A DNA stretch of 64,000 nt from Massalongia carnosa (lineage: Eukaryota). The position numbers and the translations under genes were made by a program. Position 1 is the stretch's first letter. The number at the start of each line of letters is the position of its first letter. Below the pieces are notes generated by a model. That model worked only from the letters and a program-made list of their open reading frames with translations, was not told where the DNA came from and did not search any database. Shown piece by piece: positions 57,049 through 64,000 of this stretch. The DNA lies in contig OZ287069.1 of NCBI GenBank assembly GCA_965645245.1, forward strand, positions 1,116,001 to 1,180,000, read 5' to 3'.

Positions 57049-57379
57049 GCTCGTCATTATCCTGCTCTACATGATATGTCATTGTGTGCCATTACCGGCG
57101 AGTTTGCAGATGATTGGCGGGCTTCTCAGATTTGCTGCTCCACTATCCACGATGATATGTGTGAAGGAGAAAATGGGATACTTTTAATCCTCGGGTTGAG
57201 CTCAATGTTGCTTTGGAGGTTGATCATGGTGCTTCACGGCGATCATCTCTTTAATACTCTATTTTAGGGCCAACGAGACTGTCTAGGAGGGCTGCAGGTT
57301 TTTTTGCTTGCTGGGTACACATCTGTTTTATGGGACTTATCTTAAGCAAAATTGCTAAATTTCATTTAAGCCTATCCCT

Positions 57380-59514
57380 TCGTCTGGCAATTTGGCAGCC
57401 ATTTAGGTAATATTCAATTTTACACGCGCCGTCTCCGGGTAATGACTAATAACTTTAATCTGGCCAATCAGATTTTCCCTTTTCAACGATAATGGGTACA
57501 ACACCTCAATCACCCCTCATGATCTATGTAAAATTTCCCAACATGCCTCCTTTTTGCAACATGGTCCACAGCTCTTACATTGCCATCTGGTCTGACTTGC
57601 ACGTCGTCTTTTGGTGCAATTTTCATCAATTTCCGCAAGTGGTCGCCGTCGTTTGAGTCTTGGCACTTGCCTTTTGCAGGCCAAACAATAGTCCTTCTTA
57701 TTCAAATGCTCCCATTTGCAAGTTGACTCGACGTCTTTATTAACGTCTTGATTAGTAGTAACTATGACATCTGTCGGACGTTTCCGTAGGGCACCGGCTT
57801 GATTGGATAGTAGGGCATTTACTATTTCTTTTTGAAAGTCCAAATGGCTGAGTGTTGAATTCGGATACAGAATTCTCCACAATTTGAAGGCATTTAGAAC
57901 GGCTGCATCCAGAAGAAAGATGAAAATTGACCACCAGTAGCGACGATCAGATCTTTGAGGTGAATAATATGCTCTTTGCTGAGCTTTCCCATCTGACCCG
58001 CCCATGTGCTGGTTATATTCCACGATGGGCATGGGAAATGGAAGCTTTTCTTCTTCATCATCAACGATGACTCTGGAATTTGCAGGAATTCCATGACGTC
58101 GACGGGAATTCTTGTAGAAAGAAGTCTTCAAATCCTCAATTGTATGAACCGTGGTCATGAATTGCACGGTGTTTAAATCCACCCATGCCATACACAGAAT
58201 GTCCCCGTCATCAATGTTTGATTTTTTACTTTTATTTGCAGGTACCGTCATCAATGCCTTCTTTCCCCAGTCCTTGTTCTTGGTGGCTGCAACCCTCAGA
58301 CGTAGAAGATCAACAGGAAAACCGCATCCTGATTTAGCCGTCCCACAGGCACCAATTCCAATGGTTTTCAGAGCTTTGAATAGCTTCGTATTTGTGAAGA
58401 AGTTGTCCAGAAAGATGACGTATTTCAAGCCTTCATCAGACGGTAAACTTCGAGCCAGTTGAATGACGACTAGGGAGGAAGGAGACAAATCCCATTTGGT
58501 TGTCGGAAATTTCAATTGTCCAGGCGTTTTTAACTCACTAATTTTGGACACCTGTCTTGCAATTAGTACGATGCAAATTGAGGCCTTTTCTACTCACCTT
58601 GGAGGTAAATAAGAAGTCAAAAAGATAATTTTTCTGACATAAACTATAGATTTTGAAGCCTACACCAGCCGCCTTGGTGGCTATTTGCATAGTATGGCAG
58701 CTCCTACCCCTGAATAAAATCAATTGCTCGTCAACTGACACATGACTTCCAGGAATCCAGTATTTCTTTGATGCTTTTCGAAAGTCTGTGGCCAATGGTT
58801 CCAGCTTTTTCCACCAATCAGGGCCTCGAGTATCAATGATCTCATCTTCGTCGGGGTTGGATATCTTCAAAAATCGCTTGAGTTGCTCCCATCTTCGAAG
58901 ACTCATGGCTTGAATCACCATATCATGTATGGCAAATTTAGGAGACGTGTTCCAATAGTCAGTAAGACGTGGCATCAGTGTATACCCCATATATAACAGA
59001 ATTCCCAGAAAAGCTCCTACTTCAGAAGAAGAGGTGTCATGCCATTGACGTCTCTTGATGTCGTTTAGGGCATACTTCTTTTTCGCTTTAAGATTGGTGT
59101 TTTTAGCTATGATTTCAAGCATTTCAAAGCTAAAGAAGAGGCAGAATAAACTGAAAGGAGTCTGATTTTATCAAGCGCAACGTATCGTCCGGCTGTGGTT
59201 TTCGAAATGGGATCGAAATTGGACAATAATTTGATGACGGAGGGGGCATGGAGTCAATTATGCTTTGTACGCTGGGTTTATTCTTTTTGGCCTGTTCTTT
59301 CAGAATTGAGGGGGGCAAAGCGTCTCATTGGTCAGGAACTTCTATCTCAATGCCTCTCATGATTATTCTAAAGAAATTGTAGATGTTTTAATGATTTTCA
59401 ACTGATGTTTACCTTCTTATTTACAAAAAAAGGGGAGAATGTTTTGAAGTTCGCGACTCAGCCCTACGGTATCTCACTAAGCCTATTTAAGGTGGCTGCC
59501 AAATTGCCAGACGA
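57380..59514 (-). mobile_element. piggyBac-family DNA transposon with 22-bp TIRs
   Basis: TCGTCTGGCAATTTGGCAGCCA (57380-57401) and its exact reverse complement (59493-59514) enclose a DDD transposase. Confidence 0.9.
57517..59360 (-). pseudogene. piggyBac-like (DDE_Tnp_1_7-type) transposase, one intron, disrupted near the N-terminus
   Basis: VSVDEQL, FLDNFFT, GACGT, YNQHMGGSD, RRYWW..IFLLD and a Cys-rich C-terminus. Intron 58552-58597; in-frame TGA at codon 12; frameshift near 59165. Confidence 0.88.
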
Positions 59515-59695
59515 TACTCTAATGAGATAAATTGATCATGTGATTGATGTCCAACCGGCGACTGGTTGACCCGCCAACAAATTACTGTTTACTCAACATT
59601 ACTACGCCACCATTCAATTCTTAGAACATATCAAACCATCACGACATTTAAATCTTACACCGAATAAGTAAAACAAACCCCCTACCACAACACAA

Positions 59696-62600
59696 ATGTC
59701 TTTCAACCACTATATGTCCCCATTGCGCAGTTTGGATCCAGAAGATCCCCCGAGCACCCGAACCGCTCGGAAGAAGAGGATGTTGCGGCAGGGAATAAAA
59801 GACATCGAGATTTATGTCGATGCGCCCGCTGACGCACCAACCGATGGAAGTTCGGCCGGAAATCCCTTAGAGAAAGTGCACCAGAACCGAGCTGAAGAGA
59901 TAGCATTCCGGGCTCCCAAGCGTTCGGACCCAAAGTCCCTACACGCAAAAGCAAAGAGGAATCTCAAACTCCCAATGCGCGTCGAGCGGAGTATAAAAAC
60001 TAGCACCGAGGGGCGTAGCCTGGGAGCGGAGGGAGATGCTTTGCGGATGAAACGAGATGGCGTTGGCAAAGAAGCCCGGAGGCGCACCATTTACGTGCCT
60101 TCACAAGACACCACCATTTTCACCATACATCCCGGGGCGTATTCGGGCGCGTTTGTAGACTCCACCGATACCTTGTGCGGCGTTGAGATTTCCAGCGAAA
60201 TGAGCCGCGACTCTGCATCTATTGCGCTAAAAACCATAAGTGTTAAATCCTCGCCGACTGCTTCAAGACGCGCGGCGCTGCAGCCAGCATTCTATTCTTT
60301 GCAGCAGAGAACTTTCACGCAGGATAGACCTGGTGCTGGTCCTGGGAAGGAGAATCTGAATCCAGGAGACGATAAGATAACAGCGTGCTCGAGTTTCACG
60401 AGTAGCATCGGGTCGGGCAAAAGAGAGGAGGGGTCTGTCATGCCACAAAAACAGCAAGCTCGCGGATCGTCAACATTTTCTGACTCTGGCTATCTTTCCC
60501 GAAGGCAACCGAAGCGCAATCCTCCTAGCGCTTCCTCGGTTGGTTGCGGATCTCCAAAGCAGTGTTCCAAAAATGAGATAGCTGGACCCAAACGCGTTGC
60601 AAGGTTTGATTACATATCGAAAAGCTGCAATTCATATTCCATGGGATCAAAACCCATCTGTGAGACTCTCCAGAGAAGACCCTTTAAAAGAGTAGCAATG
60701 GAGGCTACGGCATTCCCAACGGCATTTCCCCATGTTACTCCCAAGAACCACTATCCTCTGATTAAGGAGAATATATCTGAAGCACATATGTTTGCAGATG
60801 GGTGGCTGAACGATATGGAGTCGGTGTGTATGCAGCTAATGAACGATATATTTGGCGTCGTTGAGCAGAAACGCCCATGTCAGTTTTTGACACAGGACAG
60901 CTTAAGGCGATCTTTGCTGCAGCTATACCAGGCACAACCGATTTCACTTCTTTATCAGAAACTTAAGATATCTTTACAACATGGGGCCCTCGCCCTGCCG
61001 GAAGGATCCGTTCAAAGAACCTCAATGGTCAGGACCGACATTGGATTGCGGAAGCGATTCATTCGTCTTTGGACAGAGTCATTTGACCTTTCATTATTAA
61101 GAGCTGCTCTGGAGGTTGTCATAGGTCGCCAGATTCTAGCGTGCTCTAGCGTCGAAAGTGTCAAGCATCTGCCAAGTCGACAATGTGGAGAAAACCAACT
61201 CAAGAAACACACGGAGAGGTTCATTGACTCTTGTTTGCTCCAGAACGATGATGCTCCACTTGGGGAAAACAAGTGTATTGAGAGATCTAATGTGCAATAC
61301 GCAGTTTTATCCTGGCGGCGGACCACGTTGAGAAGTCTGATGTTATTACACCTACTTGACAGAGCCAAGAGCCTTGGGCTGCTTCCGTCTAAAATTCTAT
61401 TTCTTGTGTCGTCAAGGTTCAAGTCTACCGACGCAATACTAAAGGAGGTTTCTGCATTAATCCTGCCCTCTTTTGGGGATATAACTCGTCCGCTAGCTCA
61501 TCTTGGATACCGCGTACAGCATGAACAGCTTGCACTGGACGAATATCAGTATCGTGTTGGAAACCTAGCAACCGATCTACGTGATGGGGTGCGACTCACA
61601 CGCCTCGTAGAGATCCTTGGATTACCTACGAATTTGTGCGTTAATGGAGGCGGCACCAAACAGGTCTCGATACTCGGAGGTTACCCGTTGCATGAGGCAG
61701 CTCAGAATCACGAAGAGCGGAATCTATCGCAACAACTACGATACCCCTGTCCTGCAAGATCGCAAAAAATCTACAACGTCCAGATAGCTCTCTGTACTTT
61801 GAACAACATAGACGGAGTTAAGGCTATTTCAAGGACCTTGAAAGCTGAGGACGTTGTAGATGGGAATCGCGAAAAGACTTTAGCTCTCTTGTGGGGCCTT
61901 GTCGGAAGATGGGGCTTAGATCTCTTGGTAGATTTCTCGGATCTGATAAGAGAGACTCGTAGATTCAAGAAAGCTCGCAGCCAAACCCTCGCATTGAGCT
62001 GCAGCAGCATTCAAGCCGACGACGAGGCACCCGAAAAGGACGAGAAACGGTCATATCAACTTAAGAGATGGGCCAGAAGCATAGCCCAGTTACACGGACT
62101 CAAACTCGAAAACTTTACCACGTCTTTCGCAGATGGGAAAATCTTTCACAAGATCATAGACGAGTATATGCCTCTCATTCCTCTCCTACGACAATCAGAA
62201 CACGAGCCAGACAATAAGGAAAGTAGCTTAGGGTGGAAACTCCAGGCCTTGGGTTGTACCGCATGCTTTGGTAAGGCGTTGATGTCCTCCTTGGCGGCCA
62301 CTCCCTTAGGCTAATCTACCCATAGCCTCTGTTTTTAACTATTATAGAAACGAGCATGTGTTTAGTAGCGGCTTCACAATAGCCCTTTTGGCTTTCTTGT
62401 GCTCGCGGCTTCTTGCAGCATCCCGAGACAGTCGAGCCGCAACGATAATCCAGCGCGCCTACCAACGTTCAGTCATTAGAAGAAGCTTGCGACGGCGGTG
62501 CATACTTCAACGACTCGCTTATGATTGCCAGACCGTCTTCTTAACTCGTTCTAGAGTGGTCGCCGCAAGCCAGATAATTCAGGAAGCTTGGAGAGACTAT

Positions 62601-62714
62601 TCGAGGAAGAAGGCTGGTAGAGTGAGGATGCACCTGGAGAATGGGCAGAGTGGCGAGGTTGCTACGCCTTGTCCAGGAACGCAGGAGGAAGAGGTCGATA
62701 TCTGGTTGCAATAG
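59696..62714 (+). CDS. Abnormal-spindle (Asp/ASPM-like) calmodulin-binding protein with CH domains and IQ motifs, 2 exons
   Basis: RRRTIYVPS; YRVGNLATDLRDGVRLTRLVE; EDVVDGNREKTLALLW; ENFTTSFADGK; IQ motifs IQRAY and IQEAWR; intron about 62271-62324. Confidence 0.9.
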
Positions 62715-64000
62715 GCCAAAGGAGGGCCATCCACACTTTTGGCGTTGACTAAATGAATAATGATTAAGCGATGGACCTTTGGACGTTAACGATAATCAAT
62801 AATGATCAGTAATGATAACAATGTCTGGAGCGACGGTAGAACCTGTCGGGTAGGTTTGCCGAATATGACTCACTCTCGTCCTTCGATTTGTACGGGACCA
62901 ATCAGAGTGGTGCATATTGTGTGCTGGATAATCCTTGTTCCATGCCGAGCTTGGCTTAATGACCCCTTTCTTTGCGACAGACGCACTCGTGACACTTCGG
63001 AGTCGCTATGAAGCGGTGCATCTGGCGAATGCGAACAATAGAAAGAAATATCATGTCGTGGCATCATAAGTTTCATCGAGACTGTTTGTCAGTGTGAACA
63101 TCAGTTCCTTATATTGGTCAGATCTTCGGGTCATCTGGATAATTAACATCCAGTCTTTCCGTAGCGAAGCGAATGCGAGTGATCCGCCTGGGCCCTTCCA
63201 GGCGGCTTCGGGAATAAACAATTCTCGCTTTAGTTTTGCGGTTGACTGTTGTACTCTGTACTCCGTATTCTGTATCAAGTTCCGTTGAGTGTGCTGAGGT
63301 TATCTAATCAATCTCGTGGCTTATGCACACGCGCTCCGTTCCGGTGCAAGACACGACCATCTCGTTGCCGCGTAAGTTTACCGTTTTCGCCACTTTAATA
63401 ACAGGACCCTTCTTGGCCATGGTCCCCGCCACCCAACACCCGACCAACTGCTATCTATTTTCGCCGATTTGTATGATTTGATGGCTTGTTTGATCCACCT
63501 CGGCTATCCTCCAGCTCAACTCCACGAGCCCACGGCAGTTGGTATCGGGAAACGTTTGGTCTAGGCCCTGGGGCGAGGCCCCCAAAACCTTGTGCATATC
63601 TTTGTCCGATGTCTCTGTTGCACTACTGGCCTTTCAAGGCTACATGACCTCTCGAAAGACAATATGAAAGTCTGGAATTCTGTCCATCGGCTTCATGGGC
63701 CGTTCCGTTGAGCGCGTGTTCTGATTGTGCTACGGCGTGGTGCGAAGGAAATGATCGCCGGAGATCCTATTCCGTCTACTGGTGTGTGGCCATGGGGATT
63801 TACCACCCTTGACGGAAATACTTAAGGAGATGGCCTTTCCAGCTGGAGTGAAGGAGACATTGACTCTACGCCTTGTAAGTGATCGTGAGTCTGCCCCCTG
63901 GTCAGCGACTCTTCCCCTGGCCCATCGCTTTCACATACCTAGCCCGGCTGCTTTATATATCGGAAACCATCATCGGGACCACAGCCGGACATACATCCGC

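Overview
Eukaryotic, intron-rich DNA from a filamentous ascomycete (Pezizomycotina; inferred from gene content and GT-AG introns with CTAAC/CTGAC branch points). About 15 conserved genes are present: FAD/Rieske oxidoreductase (5' part), catalase, C2H2 protein, palB calpain, peroxisomal ANT1 carrier, RPL29, LisH-WD40, NCBP3-like, flbD Myb, O-GlcNAc transferase, RPL12, SEC23, TFC4, VTS1 and an Asp/ASPM homologue. Two decayed mobile elements stand out. (1) A full-length Ty1/copia LTR retrotransposon (21094-26174) sits inside a PHD/Myb-like pseudogene. Its ends, fixed by the TSD, PBS, PPT and the reconstructed empty site, are CTTTG...CAAAG rather than the canonical TG...CA, and it has a Ty5/copia-type internal tRNA-iMet primer site. 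(2) A piggyBac-family element (57380-59514) has perfect 22-bp TIRs but no TTAA target duplication. Also seen: a 9-bp minisatellite, an intergenic hairpin and a candidate Smaug-recognition hairpin upstream of VTS1. No rRNA, tRNA or CRISPR was found. Exon boundaries were read by eye.
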